A stretch of DNA of 64,000 nucleotides from the human T2T-CHM13v2.0 reference genome, Homo sapiens: assembly GCF_009914755.1 (NCBI RefSeq), contig NC_060930.1. The stretch is one strand, 5' to 3'. Position numbers and translations under genes: made by a program. A model generated the notes under the pieces. That model did not search any database, had not been told where the DNA came from, and saw only the letters and a list, made by a program, of their open reading frames with translations. Below are positions 11,905 through 25,520 of the stretch, piece after piece (the stretch's first letter is position 1; each line of letters starts with the position of its first letter).

Positions 11905-14900
11905 TTTTATAGACTTTTTTTTAAAGATTAGGTACACAGCAAAAATGAGCAAGTGGCCAGAGGTTTTTCATATGCTCTCTGTCTCCACACATGCACAGCT
12001 TTCTCTGTTAACATTCACCATCAGAGATGTACATCCAAAAGTCCTTAGTTTATATCAGGTTCACTCTTGGTGTTGCCCATTCTAGGAGTTTTGACAAATG
12101 TGTAATGACATGCATCCACCATTATAGTGTCATATAGAGCAGTTTCACTACTCTAAATATCCTCTGTGCTCTGTTTATCCCTCCCTCTCCTGGCAATCAC
12201 TAAGCTTTTTACTATCTCTGTAGTGTAGAATATCATATAGTTAGAAGCACAGAGTATGTAGTCTTTACAGACTGGCTTCTTTCACTTAGTAATATGCATT
12301 TAAGATCTTTCTGTGTCTTTTTATGGCTTGATAGCTCCTTCTTAGCGTTGAGTAATATTCCATCGTTTGGTGTACCATAGTTTATCTATCCATTCTCCTA
12401 ATGATAGGCATCTTAGCTTCCAAGTTTTGGCAATTACAAATAAAATCTCTATGACTTTCTGCATGTGGGGTTTTTTTTTGTAGACATAAGTTATCAATTC
12501 ATTTGAATAAATTACAAGGAGCTAGCTTGCTGCATTATATGGTAAAAGTGTGTTTAATTTGTAAGAAACTGACAAACTGTCTTCCAAAGTGGCTGTACCA
12601 TTTTGCATTTCTACCAGCAATGAATGAGAGTTCCTGTTGCTCCACATTTGGTGCTGTTAGTGTCCTGGATTTTGATCATTCTAATAGGTATGTAGTGGTG
12701 TCTCAGTATTTTAATTTGCATTTCTCTGATGACATATAATATGTAGCATATTTTCATGTGCTTATTTGCCACCTGTATATTTTCTTTGATGAGTTGTCTA
12801 TTAAGTCCATTGGCTCATTTTTGGTCAGGTTGCTTGTTTTCTTGTTGTTGAGTTTTAAGTTCTTTACATATTTTGGATAATTGTCCTTTACCAGATGTCT
12901 TTTGCAAGTATTTTCTCCAAGTCTGTAACTTATTTTTTTCATTCTGTTGACAGTGTCTTTCACAGAGCAGAAAATTTTAATTTTAATAAAATCCAGTTTA
13001 TCAACCCTTCCTTTCATTAAGTCATGCCTTTGATGTTGTATCTAAAACATAATTATCATATGCAAAGTCATCTAGGTTTTCTCTTGTGTCATCTTCTAGG
13101 AGTTTTATGCTTTTTTGGTTAATATTTAGGTCTGCGAAATATTTTCAGTTAAGTTTTTTGAAAAGTGTGTGTCTGTGTCTAGATTCTTTTTTTCTTTTTT
13201 GCATGTCAGTGTTCAGTTGTTCCAGCACCATTTGCAGAAAAGACAATCTTTGCTTTATTGCATTGCCTTTGTCAAAGATCAGTTGACCATGTTTATGTGG
13301 GTCTATTTCTGGGCTCTCTACTCTGTTCCATTGATCTGTTTGTCTATTGTTTCACCAATACCACACTGTCTTGATTTATGTAGCTTTATAGTAAGTCTTA
13401 GAATTTGAGTAGTATCAGTCTTCTGACTTTGTTCTTCTCCTTCAATGTAAGTTGGCTATTCTGGGTCTTTAGCTTTAGAATCATTTTGTTGACAGCCACC
13501 AAGTAACATACTAGTATTTTTACTGGAACTGTTAAATCTATAGATAAAATGAGAAAGAATGAACATCTTGATAAAATTGAGTCTTTCTATCCATGAACAT
13601 GATATATCTCTGTTTACTTATTCTTTGATTTTGTTCAACAGTTTTATACTTTTCCTCATATAGATCTTGTATATATTTTGTTAGATTTATACCTAAATAT
13701 TTCACTTTTGGGGGTGCTAATGTACATGGTATTATGTTTTTAATTTCAAATTCCATTTGTTTTATTGCTGGCCTATACTTTTGTATATTAACCTTGTACC
13801 CTGCAACCTTGCTGTAATCACATATTAGTTCCAGCAAGGTTTTTTGTTGTTGTTGTTGTTGTTGTCTTTTCAAATATCTTCTACATAAGTAATCATGCCA
13901 TCTAAGAACAAAGATGGTTATATTTTTCTCTTACTAGTCACTATAATCTTTTCTTCTTTTCTTTTTTCTCTTTTCTTTTCTCTTATTTCATTAGTTAGGA
14001 CTCTCAATGTGATGTGGAAAAGGAATGGTGAAAGGGGATGTCTTTGTCTTCTCCTTGATCTTGTGTGAAAATTTCAAGTTTCTCATGATTAAGTGTAGTG
14101 TTAGCTGTCGGATTTTTGTAGATATTCTTTGTCTAGTTCAGGAAATTTCTCTGTATCCCAAGTCTGCTGAGAGTTTTTATTATAAATTGGTGTTTAATTT
14201 TATCAAATGCTTTCTCTGCATCTATTGATATGATCATGTGATTTTTATTATTTAGTCTGTTAATGAGATGGAGTATATTAATTTTTGAATGTTGAACCAG
14301 CCTTGGATACCTGGAATAAATCCAACTTGGTTGTGTTGTATAATTCTTTTTATATATTATGGAATTTGATTTGCTAAATTTTGTTGAGGATTTTTTTATC
14401 CATGTTCATGAGAGACACTTGTCTGTAGTTTTCTTGTAATGTTTTTGTCTGGTTTTGATATTAGGTAATGCTGGCCTCAAAGAATGTATTAGGAAGTATT
14501 TCCTCTGCTTCCTTCTTCTAAAAGTAATTGCAAATGATTGACATTATTTCTTTCTTAAATATTGATATGATTTATCAGTGAATCCATCTGGGCCTGGTAC
14601 TTTCTGTTTTGAAGGTAATTGATTACTGATTCATTGTCTTTAATAAACATAGGCCTACTCAGATTATCTATTTCTTCTTGTGAGAGTTTTGGAAGATTGT
14701 ATTTTTCAAACAATTGGTCCATTTCATCAAGGATTTTCAATTTGTGGGCATAGAATTTTTCCTTGTGTTTCTTTATTATCCTTTTAGTGTCCATGAGATC
14801 TGTAGTGATGTCCCATCTTTCATTTCTGATATTAACAATTTGCCTCCTTGCTCTTTTTTTCTACTTAGCCCAGCTAAAGCTGTATCAATTTTATCGATCT

Positions 14901-15780
14901 TTAAAAAAATTAGATTTTGATTTCATTAATTTTCCCTATTGATTTCCTGTTTTCAATTTCATTGATTTCTGCTCTAATTTTATACTATATTTCCCTCTGC
15001 TGATTTTAAATTTAATTTGCTCTTCTTTTTCTAATTTCCTAAGGTAAGAGCTTAGATGATTGAGTTTAGATCTTCCTTCCTATTATATTCATTCAATATT
15101 ACAAATTTCCCTCTAAACACTGCTTTTACTGTACCCCACAAATTTTGATAAGTGGCATTCTCGTTTTTCTTGGTTCAAAATATTTTTTATTTTTATTGAG
15201 GATTTCTTCATTGGCTCAGGGGTTATTTAGAACTGTGTCCAAATATTTTGGATTTTCCAACTTTCTGTTATATATTTCTAGTTTAATTCCACTGTGGTTT
15301 GAGAGCAGACAATGTATAATTTCTATTTTTAAAATTTGTTAAGGTGTATTTTATGGCCCAGAGTATAGTCTATCATGGTGAATGTTTCATGTGATCTTGG
15401 GAAGAATGTGTTTTCTACTGTCAGTGCATGTAGTAGTCCATAGATTTTAATTATACCCAGTTATTGATGGTGTTGTTGAGTTACTGATATTCTGCCTACC
15501 ACATCTGTACATTTCTAATAGAGGATTGTGGAAATATCCAACTATAATAGTGAATTCATAATTTCTTCTTGCAATTCTATCAGTTTTTGCCTCATGTATG
15601 TTAATGCTCTGTTGTTAGGCACATGAACATTAAGGATTGCCATATCTTTTTAGATAACTGACTCATTTATCATCATGTAATGTTTCTGTTTATCCCCGAT
15701 AAGTTTCCATGCTCTGATGTCTGCTCTGTCTGAAATTAATATAACTACTTCTGCATTCTTGGGATTAGTGTTAGCATTGG
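11905..15780 (-). mobile_element. Old LINE-1 (L1M, L1MC-like 3' end), ~3.9 kb, decayed ORF2 (inactive)
   Basis: Minus-strand ORF fragments match L1 ORF2p: LLELICDYSKVAGYKVNIQK/KYLGINLTK (13538-13873), KFYAHKLKILDEMDQLFEKYNLPKLSQEEIDNL (14555-14794), DKLDFIKIKIFCSVKDT (12754-13017); many stops and frameshifts. Confidence 0.92.
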
Positions 15781-16509
15781 CTGTTAATTTTTAATTTTTT
15801 TCCATCAAAGTAAGGGCTTTGATAAAAAGCCTTCACATTACTAAAACTCAAATAGTGCAGAGGACATTTTCATCAAAAACAATATCATTCCTCTTTTACC
15901 TACCCTCTCCGTTAGTTCTCCTCTTCCAGAACAAATGCTGGTTTTAGTTACACTCTCAGACATTTTGCCCAAGATAATAATTATATCCTCCTGGATTACT
16001 TTTCCCTACATTTGCTTATATGTCTTTATTTTTAATTTATTAACTTTTGATATTGTTTATTTACTGCTGTGATAAATAAAGATTTAACTTTCTTACAGCA
16101 CACCCTTTGCTTCCTCTTTCCTCTCAATTTAGTTATTTAGTATTTTTATACTGGTTACCACTACAATTTTAGATTACATTTTTAGTTTCCATTTCTTCTT
16201 CCATAGGCAGCATCTCTTGACTCCTTATTTTGTATTGTGAACCACATCTAGTCTTCTTTCCAGCTTATATCCCTCTAACAAATTCAATATTTCTCCAACT
16301 CTAACTTTACTTTTATATAATCAAAGTTCTTGACACTAAAACTTTGTCACGTAACTCTTGTCTATGGGTTGACTATAGAGAGCTAAAATCAACTCCATCT
16401 ATTATAGTACTCTGATTTCCACTAACCCATTGAGACCTATGTAGTGTTTTGATCCTATTATCTTTTCAACTTCATTTACCCTCATGGCCACAATTTCTTA
16501 CTTATCTAG

Positions 16510-16569
16510 TTTATTTATTTTCATTTTTATTTTTGAGACAGAGTCTCACTATGTTGCCCAGGCTGGAGT
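16510..16569 (-). mobile_element. Short Alu 3'-end remnant with tail
   Basis: tttttatttttgagacagagtctcactatgttgcccaggctggagt then an abrupt switch to a DNA transposon. Confidence 0.8.
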
Positions 16570-16613
16570 CCAAGACCCATAGTGGATGGCTGAAAGCATG
16601 GATAGTACCTAAT

Positions 16614-16662
<49 letters not shown>

Positions 16663-17358
16663 ACACACTGTGTTTTTTGCATATATATATGGAACATATA
16701 TATACACATACCTATGATATAATTTGTAAAATTTGTACATATATACCTATATATATACACACACATATATATTATATGTATACATTTGTGTGTGTATACA
16801 CACACACATATTCTGATATACACACACATGCCTATATAGGTATAAGTATAGGTGTAAGTATAAACTTTATATACTTATAAACCTATTTGTTGATATATAT
16901 ATACCTGTATATATACCTATGATAAATATATATACCTCTATATATATATCTATGATAAAGTTCAACTTAAAAGTTAGTCAAGATAAGAGATTAATAATAA
17001 TAACTAATAATTAAATAAAACAATTATAACTATGCTGGCCTCACAACTCTTGTGCTTTGGGGTCATTATTGAGTAAAATGAGGGTAACTTAAACACAAGC
17101 ACTGTGATATTGTGACAGTTGGTCTGATAACCTAGATAGCTACTAAGTGACAGTGTGGATACACTGGACAAAGAGATGATTTACATTCCAAGTGGGATGG
17201 GGCAGGATGGCATGAGATTTCGTCCCACTTCTTACAAGAGCACACAATTTAAAACTTATGAATTGTTTATCTTTAGAATGTTTCATATAATATTTTCAAT
17301 TGGCCATGGGTAACTGAAACCATGGAAAGTGAAAGTATGGATAAAAGGGACCTACTGT
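16570..17358 (+). mobile_element. MER44/Tigger7-type DNA transposon remnant, 5' TIR missing, with internal (CA)n and TA-rich expansion (~16617-16950)
   Basis: ccaagacccatagtggatggctgaaagcatggatagtacc ... tatgataaagtt ... ggtaactgaaaccatggaaagtgaaagtatggataaaagggacctactg. Confidence 0.8.
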
Positions 17359-17779
17359 ATACAATATCCAGCAGTGTCTCCCCTAGGTTAGCAAATACTT
17401 GGGTTCTATTTCTCCCTGCAGATTTCTGTCTTTCCTCAGATTACAGGTTTGTTGCTTTCTCTAAACTCAGTTATTTAATGGGTTCAATAAAAGTTATTGA
17501 TTTTGAAGAGTTTGTACAGCTATTTTTATGTTATAACCATGGGAGCAATGTTCTTTCCAGTTCTCTGCATGTTCAGGCTCATAATGACATGTTTAAATGT
17601 ATCTCTTCTTGTTCTTTCAATCTGAAGATTCAAGACTTAGAGCTCTGATATTTTATTTTGAATTACAATTGACAATCTAAATCATATCTATCCTTTGGAA
17701 TGTCTAATTTCCATCTTTTTGTCATTTTTATTGATTTCTAGGGGAGGCTTTTAACTTCATCTTTTAGTTATTCTGTTGA

Positions 17780-18290
17780 AATTTTTTAAAGTCAGATTGA
17801 TTAAGTCATACTTTTCCATGTAGTAAAATTCACCCTTTTTAGTATACAGTTCTATGAGCTTTGACAAGCATACACAGTAATGTAAACATCATTATAATGA
17901 AGATGTGGATTAGAAAAAAACAATTCCCTTTTTCCTTTGTAGTCAACTACTCCTTCTACCCTTAGGTCTACAGATCTGTTTTCAGTTCCTATTGTTTTGC
18001 CCTTTTGAGAATGTCGAGAAATAGAATCATAGAGTATAAAGACATTTAAATCTGATTACTTTTATTTAGCCTAATGCATTTAAATCTTACCCATATTGTT
18101 GTATTATCAATAATTTGTTACTTTTTATTGTTGAGTAGCATGCCATTGTATGGACATACCACAGTTTAGATGTAATTTAGAATGAATTCACATGTTGAAG
18201 GACATTTGGGTATTTTCCAATTTTAGATGATTATGTACGAAGGTTTTTATGTAAAAATACATCTTTTTTCTCTTGCCTAAATACTAAAAT
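17780..18290 (-). mobile_element. Old L1 (L1ME/MB-like) 3' fragment
   Basis: aaaattcacccttttt...atacagttctatgagctttgacaag; ctttttattgttgagtagcatgccattgtatggacataccacagttt. Confidence 0.7.
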
Positions 18291-18599
18291 TTAAAAATTA
18301 ACTTTCTTATTATAAATTTCTAAGATGTTTTTCTTATTCTCTGGGCATGCTTGTTTTGTTTGTTTGTTTTCCATTGCACTTAATCCTGGTTTTATGTATA
18401 AAATATCTTTTCAAACATCTGTGAGGATTCCAATGAAATATTTAATAATATAAATCAAATTCTGCTCTTTGAACTTTTTGTTTCCTTTGGAATCTTTTTC
18501 TGTTCATTTTTCTAGGTATATCATTATTTAGTCATTTTTAAACAAGTTGGCATTCTTTCATTGCTCATATTTGTTTAAGAATGAGACAATAGATATTTT

Positions 18600-19222
18600 C
18601 ATATGTCCTAACATATTAGGATGGCTAGTATCAAAAAGATAAGAGATAACAAGAGTTAGCAAGAGTGGAGAAAAGGGAACTCTTCTACACTGTTGGTAAA
18701 AATATTAATTGATACAGCCATTTTGGAAAATAATATAAAGGCTCTTCAAAAAATTAAAAATATTTCAGTGCTGTTCATAATAACTAACCTTTGGGAGGTG
18801 GAAGCGAGGGTAGAATGGGAAATAGGAAGATGTTGGTCGAAGGGAACAAAGTTTCAGTTAGACAGGAGGAATAAGCTTTAGAGATCTATTGCACAGCATG
18901 GTGATTATAGTAAATAATAATGTATTACATATTTCAAAATTGCTAAGTGTACAATTTTAAATGTTTGCAACCCAAAAATGGTAAATATGTAAGTTGGTAT
19001 ATATATTAACTACTTGATGTAAACATTCTATGATGTATACATACACCAAAGCATCACATTGCACCCCATAAATATATACAATTACTATGTCAATTTAAAA
19101 AAATTTAAAAGGTAACTATTTGAAGTGATGGATGTGTTAATTTGCTTGACTGTGATAATCATACTATGTGTATGTACATCAACATATTATTTTGTATACC
19201 TTAAACACATAAAATTTAAAAA
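18600..19222 (+). mobile_element. L1MA-like 3' fragments
   Basis: gagaaaagggaactcttctacactgttggt; ttggtcgaagggaacaaagtttcagttagacaggaggaataag; cacattgcaccccataaatatatac. Confidence 0.8.
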
Positions 19223-19451
19223 ATAGTTGCATGTGTGCTCCATATATTTTCATGAAACTTGTTGATTTGGATGGAAGAGATAGGACAGAGGGTTTATTAA
19301 TAATTTTAGAAATAAAGATTTTGACTTAATCTTCCAGTATTAATTCTGTGTTTCCTCCTCTGTGTCTTCCTAAGACTCTTCCTGGAGTCTCCCCTTGAGG
19401 TTACATTTGCATGCCTTTCCCCCATAACTTTCTTCTCCACATAAGACAACC

Positions 19452-19550
19452 AAATATGATGTCTGTCTCTTGAAAACGTCTGTCTCTTGAAATATGTCTG
19501 TCTCTTGAAATATGTCTGTCTCTTGAAATATGATGTCTGTCTCTTGAAAA
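19452..19550. repeat. Minisatellite, 5 copies of gtctgtctcttgaaa core (17-21 bp period)
   Basis: Direct read; also visible as FKRQT repeats in ORF 19306-19593. Confidence 0.95.
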
Positions 19551-19561
19551 AGGTCACTTTC

Positions 19562-19890
19562 TTGTGACCAAGGAAGTGGTGTGGCCAAAGCAAAGGTAGC
19601 CAAGCCTAGCAGAGTATCTGGCCCACCTGGAAAAAAAAATTAACCACAAATTCCTGAGATCCACTCTAAGAGATGCTGATTCAGAAGCTCCCCAGGTGAC
19701 ATATGCATAGCTGGATTTGAGAACTACCACCCTAAAGTAATTGTTTTTGAAGATTAATCTCATAGTAGGTAATAAATTTATTTTAAAATGCCCTCTTTGT
19801 TACTGATTTACCTTGATAACAGACTGAGTTATAGTGTTTAATAATCATTTACACACATATTACCTCTCACATTTATCCATAAAGTTTTTT
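19562..19890 (-). repeat. Inverted repeat arm A (329 bp)
   Basis: Reverse complement of 20714-21042; about 10 mismatches by manual alignment. Confidence 0.95.
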
Positions 19891-20713
19891 AAATAAAAAA
19901 GCTATAAAAATAGCTAAAATAAACACCACCACTCCCACTTGAAAAAGAGACAGACATCATATTGGGGATAGAATATCAGCTTTATTCCTGAAAAAGTTGG
20001 GTGACATGTGGTAGATTGGACTTGTGGCAGCACTGGCTTTTTATTATTTGTTCTCCAAAAGCCTAGATTTGAACCCAATTTAAACCTATAAACAGGATAT
20101 ACATTTACCAAGCCAGTTTAAGATCCCACAGCCACTGGGTCTTAATAATGATAAGCTTCCAGGCTTGGACATATGTGTTCCTTCCACGTAGAACAGAGTG
20201 GGAGGTCTTCAATAGACTGGCCAATTCCTAAAGTGACCACTCAGAGATGTGCTCACATATATTCCTACCAATTACATAATTTACTCTTCTTTTGATTCAG
20301 GAGGGTGGAAAGAAGGGTAGAATCCTTCCTTGGCTGTAAATGCCTTTGGCTGTTTTTTAGTTATGGCTTATTTTGATATGCATCTTTTAATATTACCACA
20401 TCCAAGTTATGTTGAAGGTAAATTTACTAAAAGCGCTTGTCCACTGTGGTCTTTTCCCCATTTTCTTCATAGTTCTCTATTTATACCTACAACCTACAGT
20501 ATATTTTTAATTATCATTTGTGGAGTCAAAAATGGGAGAAAAACGGTGACTGTTTATTTCTCTATTTTGAGCTAGAAACTACTAGTTGTGATTTTTAATG
20601 TCATTTAAGATATTTATCAATTATTTGATGAAAATTTGTTTAGATCAAAATATATACCATGTGGTATGCCAAGATTCAGAAGCTTAAAAATGAATTAAAC
20701 ATTATTTTCCCTG

Positions 20714-21042
20714 AAAAAACTTTATGGATAAATGTGATTGGCAATAAGTGTGTAAATGATTATCAAACACTATAACTCAGTCCGTTATCAAGGTAAATCA
20801 GTAACAAAGAGGGCATTTTAAAATAAATTTATTACCTACTATGAGATTAATCTTCAAAAACAATTACTTTAGGGTGGCAGTTCTCAAATCCAGCTATGCA
20901 TATGTCACCTGGGGAGCTTCTGAATCAGCATCTCTTAGAGTGGATCTCAGGAATTTGTGGTTAATTTTTTTTTCCAGGTGGGCCAGATACTCTGTTAGGC
21001 TTGGCTGCCTTTGCTTTGGCCATACCACTTCCTTGGTCACAA
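20714..21042 (+). repeat. Inverted repeat arm B (329 bp), containing a MER5-like remnant (~20870-20980)
   Basis: Reverse complement of 19562-19890; ORF track gives near-identical 69-aa peptides on opposite strands; gtggcagttctcaaa...tcacctggggagctt...ctgaatcagcatctct is MER5-like. Confidence 0.95.
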
Positions 21043-21344
21043 AACTGTAGTTCCTTCCTATGGCTTACAGATTCTAAAGTCCTTGCCTTGGCATTCCAGT
21101 AAACAATTACATTTCCAAGACTTCTCTTTCTCCTTTTATCAAGCCATTTGAGTCTGATTGGGCAGCCCACTATTTGTAACTAGTATATCTGGACAGTCTT
21201 TTTCCTTCCATGAAATTGCAGTTTTTCAAAATTTCCTCTTTATCATACTTACTCTTTAAATCTCATTTCTCCGTAAGGACTTTCCTGATCATGCTAATAA
21301 ATTGTGATTTCTCAATTTTTTGAATTTTTGATACATTTTCCTGT

Positions 21345-22870
21345 CATTTCTTGAGCACCAACTATGTGGCAGGTGCACTAAGTGCACACGGATAAATAAA
21401 ACATCTTTTGAACATTGGGGATTTTCAGGCCAGTGAGAAAATAGACAATGATATAACAGTTATATGACAGTAGGGTAATTGACATCTGAGATGATTCTTG
21501 AAGGATGAGTTTAACTTACATAGGTACAGAAGCTAGAGAAGAGGGCAAATGCAGTTCAAATAGAAAGGAAAATAAATGTAAAGCCATAGAGAATATAGAT
21601 AATATATTATATTAGGGTAATTGCAAGTAGAACACTTGGATTCATTCCAAAGTCACCAAAAATGATGAAACTTCAAGGTCACCAAGAAGGATGAAACTGA
21701 AGAACCTAACAGGGTGATTGTTAAGGGCTTTGAAGTTCTTAGTAAATATTATAAGAAATAGGAAACCACTGAGGGATTATAAAATGGGGGAAGTGACATG
21801 ATCAGTTTGCATTTTGTCAAACTACATTTCTGGTGGAAGCAGAGAGCTGGACTCTTATGTTGTAAGATCGGAGGCAGTGAAAGCCATTGAAAGAGTGTCA
21901 TGGTAATCATGGTGAAAGATGATGGTATATATCAACTCTCTAAGTGAAGATGTTGGCTGTGGAGATTCAGAGAAGGAGACAGGGTAGAGGTACACAAAAG
22001 AAAATTAAACAGGGTGGGTGGGAATGACCCCAGGAGGATGAGAACCTGGGTTGGTAGGGTATTATTCCTGAAGAAACAGAACTTTGGATCAGAACCTGTA
22101 AGGCACAAAAGAGAATGTGTTCACTTCTGAATTAATTGATTTCAAATTTAGATTATTAGTGAGCAGATGAATATAGAGATCTGGAGTTTAAATAAGAAAG
22201 CCAGGTGAAAGTACTGATAGGTGAGGTAATGAAAGTGGATAGGATGAAAAGAACCAAGGAGAGAGTATGGTGGCAATGCTTGGGTGACTGCTGATGTTTA
22301 ATGGACAGGCAGAGAAAGATGAGCTCACACACGACCCTGAATAGGACTGGCCAGAAAGAGTAGGGAAATTGGAAGGCAATGTTTATTACAGAAGTCATGG
22401 AAGTAGAGAAGCTCAGGAAATCAGAAATAGCCAAATGTAAAATTCACAGAGGAATCTTCCAAGAGAAAAATTTAAAAGAAACAAATGTATTAAGTCTGGC
22501 AGTCAGGAGTTCATTGGTCACCTTGGTAAAAGCAATTTTAGTGGAGTGGTGAGGTTGAAAGTATACTGTAGTGGATTTAAGCAAGAATTATACATGAGAA
22601 AATAAGGACAATGAATGTAGACAACAGATCTGCTGGGACAGGAGGAGAGAGAAATTAAGAAAATGGCAATTCAAATTTGAGGTTTTTATTTGTTTCCTCA
22701 GATGTGTAAGATTGAAACAAGTTATGTATGAAGAAGAAAAGGCAATACTGAAAGGAGATATAGAGAGAAAATGGTTGCTGAAGGGAAGAAATGGTTGATA
22801 AAGGCATGTCCTAAGCTGATGGGAGGTAAGAGGATGGAATCTAAAGCCCAGGAGCAGGGATTGGCCTCAG
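21345..22870 (-). mobile_element. LINE-2 fragments
   Basis: ttgagcaccaactatgtggcagg (antisense L2 3' end), gtgacatgatcagtttgcattt, ggagttcattggtcaccttggtaaaagcaattttagtggagtgg. Confidence 0.7.
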
Positions 22871-24319
22871 GAAGAAGAAACGTTCCTCCCACTGATTTTC
22901 AACTGGTAATAGAAGAAAACTTTGTGAATTTTAATTCCAACGGCTGAACCCAACACTGTAAACATAGCATTAGAAAATGTTAAGTAACCTACTGTATTTT
23001 AGAACTTTATTGAATTCTATACATATTTACTGTGTTACATTTGTTATATGTGGGGAAAACTTGGGCAACTGTAACATTTCTACTAACATTTCTTAGTAGA
23101 AAACATGCTATTTTGGGAAGTGAAATTAGTAGAGAAATGAATAGCCATTTTTAATGATACCAGTGCAGTAATGAGATTGAAAACAAGTATACAAATGACT
23201 GAGCTAACTGTCATCAATTAGAAATGATCTTACTTTTTGGCACCAGGAAGTGCATGATTGAAGATAAGATTGATTTTGAAAATCATTTAAAGACTGCTAA
23301 TAATCTTAGATGATAAAGCCAATGTAAAATTATAATTTCAGAATCAACAACATCTTGACAATATTGTCAAAAGTAAAAAAAGTTAAATTATGTGAGCAAA
23401 TCTGTGAATCTTGTCTGCTGTGCTTGCTACAATATGATGAATTACTGTTTTTTAATTATGTCAATTGTTCAAAAGTAGCATCCAGTTTGGGCCTGGAAGG
23501 GAAAGAGCAAACTAGTTTTTTCCTTTCCCTGGGAAAATAATAATCAAGCTAGAGGATCTTGATTTAGGTAATTTCTTTATGATCCTTATTCATTTGAGGC
23601 ACTAGTACACTGTTCTGAATATACATTTAATAACGTTAAAAACTTGTAGTCTGCCTGATTTTCTGAGATTTCAGAGATTCCTATGATGACTTAGTTTCTT
23701 ACAATTACATCTGTGCTTTCAACAGCAAAATGGAAATTAGGAATATAGATAATCAGGGTAAATAAAAAATTTTATACTAGCAAATAGAAATTAATGTTTA
23801 TATTCAAAATGTATAAAGCTTTTAGTGTTGATAAGGGAAATAGTAGGATGAATATCTCTAAGACCTTATCTTGTAAGTTACTTAAATAATGCTCCTAAAT
23901 AATGCTTCTCTCAAACTTAACAGCAGTAATCTCCAGGTGAATAACCAAGGGCTTATGGCATATTAATTTTCAGTTGTTAACTAGGGAAATAAAGTTTCTA
24001 AACGTAAATTTAAAACTAGATTAAAATGCAGTGCTTTAGGTGTGATTTTAAATGTATACGATACAGTTATATGGTGGATATCTTAATGTGATGATTTCTA
24101 GCCACTTTCATTCCAGATAAACTAGCTCAGAGAAAGTGCTTCTATTTGATAACTTTTAGACTAAAGTCAATTCCCAAAAAATATCCAGATAATACTCATG
24201 GACATTTTTATAATAAATGAAGTAAATAAATTATTGGAAAATGTAGTAGCAATCAACCCTTTCTATGTTATTGTGGTTGTTTTTGATCAGCAAAATTATT
24301 CCATAATGGAGTATATTTT

Positions 24320-25520
24320 GGTGGTTCTTTGATAGTGTTCTTCAAATCTTCTGTATTCTTATAATTTCCAGTCTACTTTCTGTATTAATTACTGAGTGAG
24401 AAGTGTTGAACTTTTCAACTTAATTGTGGATTTTTCTTTTTTTTCTATTAGTTTTTGCTTTATGTATTTAGAGGTCTTATTATTAGGTGCCTACATATTT
24501 AAGAATGTTAAGTCTTCTTGAATTGTCTTATTAATCATCATCATGTCTCTATCCCTGATAATCTTATTCTGAAGTTTATTTGACCTGATAGTAACACAGT
24601 CACTTCAGTTTTTTTAATGAGTATTTGCATGATATTTTCACCTCTTGTGATCTCTGTTGTTACATTTTAGGTAGATTTCTTATAGGCAGTGTAAAGTTGG
24701 ATCTTGATTTTTAAAAATCTAACCTGAATATCTGACTTTTGAGATGTCTGACCATTTCCATAAATGTAATTATTAAATCTTCCTTCTTCCTTTTGCCTGC
24801 TCTTTATCTTGTTTTTTTGTTTCCTTTTTCCTCTTTTTCTTTATTCTTTTGAATTAATTGAGTATTCTCAAATTTTAGTGTCTCTACTCAGTGTATAGTT
24901 ATATCTATTTTGAGGAGATGGTTGCTCTATGATTTATGATATATATCTTTAGCTTAACATAGTATTTCTTGTAATAGCATTATACTTCCTCAAAGTATAA
25001 GACTTATAATTGCATATTTCTAGTTCCTCACTTCCATTCTTTGGGTTACTTTTGTTATACAGTTACTTTTACACATATTGTTATATGTAAAATATACATA
25101 ATTGTTGTTATTTGTGTGTGTTGAGGTTCCCAGAAATTCTTGATGCTGTCTTTTAAAATTATTATTTTCTTTCATTAATTTTGGAAAATTCTTGCCCATA
25201 ATCACTTCAAATATTTATTTTGTCTGCTCTCTCTCTTTGCCTTCTGGGACTCCAATTACACACATGTTAGCTCTTGGGTACCATTTCATTTATCACACAC
25301 CTTTGTGTTTTAGTTTGGATATTTTCTATTGACATTTCCTCAAGTTCACTCATTGTTTCTTTAGCTATATTCAGTCTGTTGATTAGTCTGTCAATCCCTT
25401 ATAATTACTTTCTTGTGTCATTATTTCTATTTCACTCTTAAATTCCTCATCTGTTAGGGAGAGGAATTTACCTACTTTACTCACTTTCCACTATACCCTT
25501 TAGTGTAATAATCATAATTC
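24320..25520 (-). mobile_element. Old L1M fragments
   Basis: ttcaaatcttctgtattctt...attattaggtgcctacatatttaagaatgttaagtcttcttg; ttggaaaattcttgcccataatcacttcaaat. Confidence 0.65.

Noticed and set aside
12754-14794. Reverse-transcriptase-related peptides as an active retroelement
   Set aside because: Fragmented ORF2 of an old L1M with many stops and frameshifts
19554-21050. Paired 69-aa ORFs on opposite strands as duplicated microprotein genes
   Set aside because: Consequence of the DNA inverted repeat; overlap a MER5-like remnant; no promoter, splice or homology evidence
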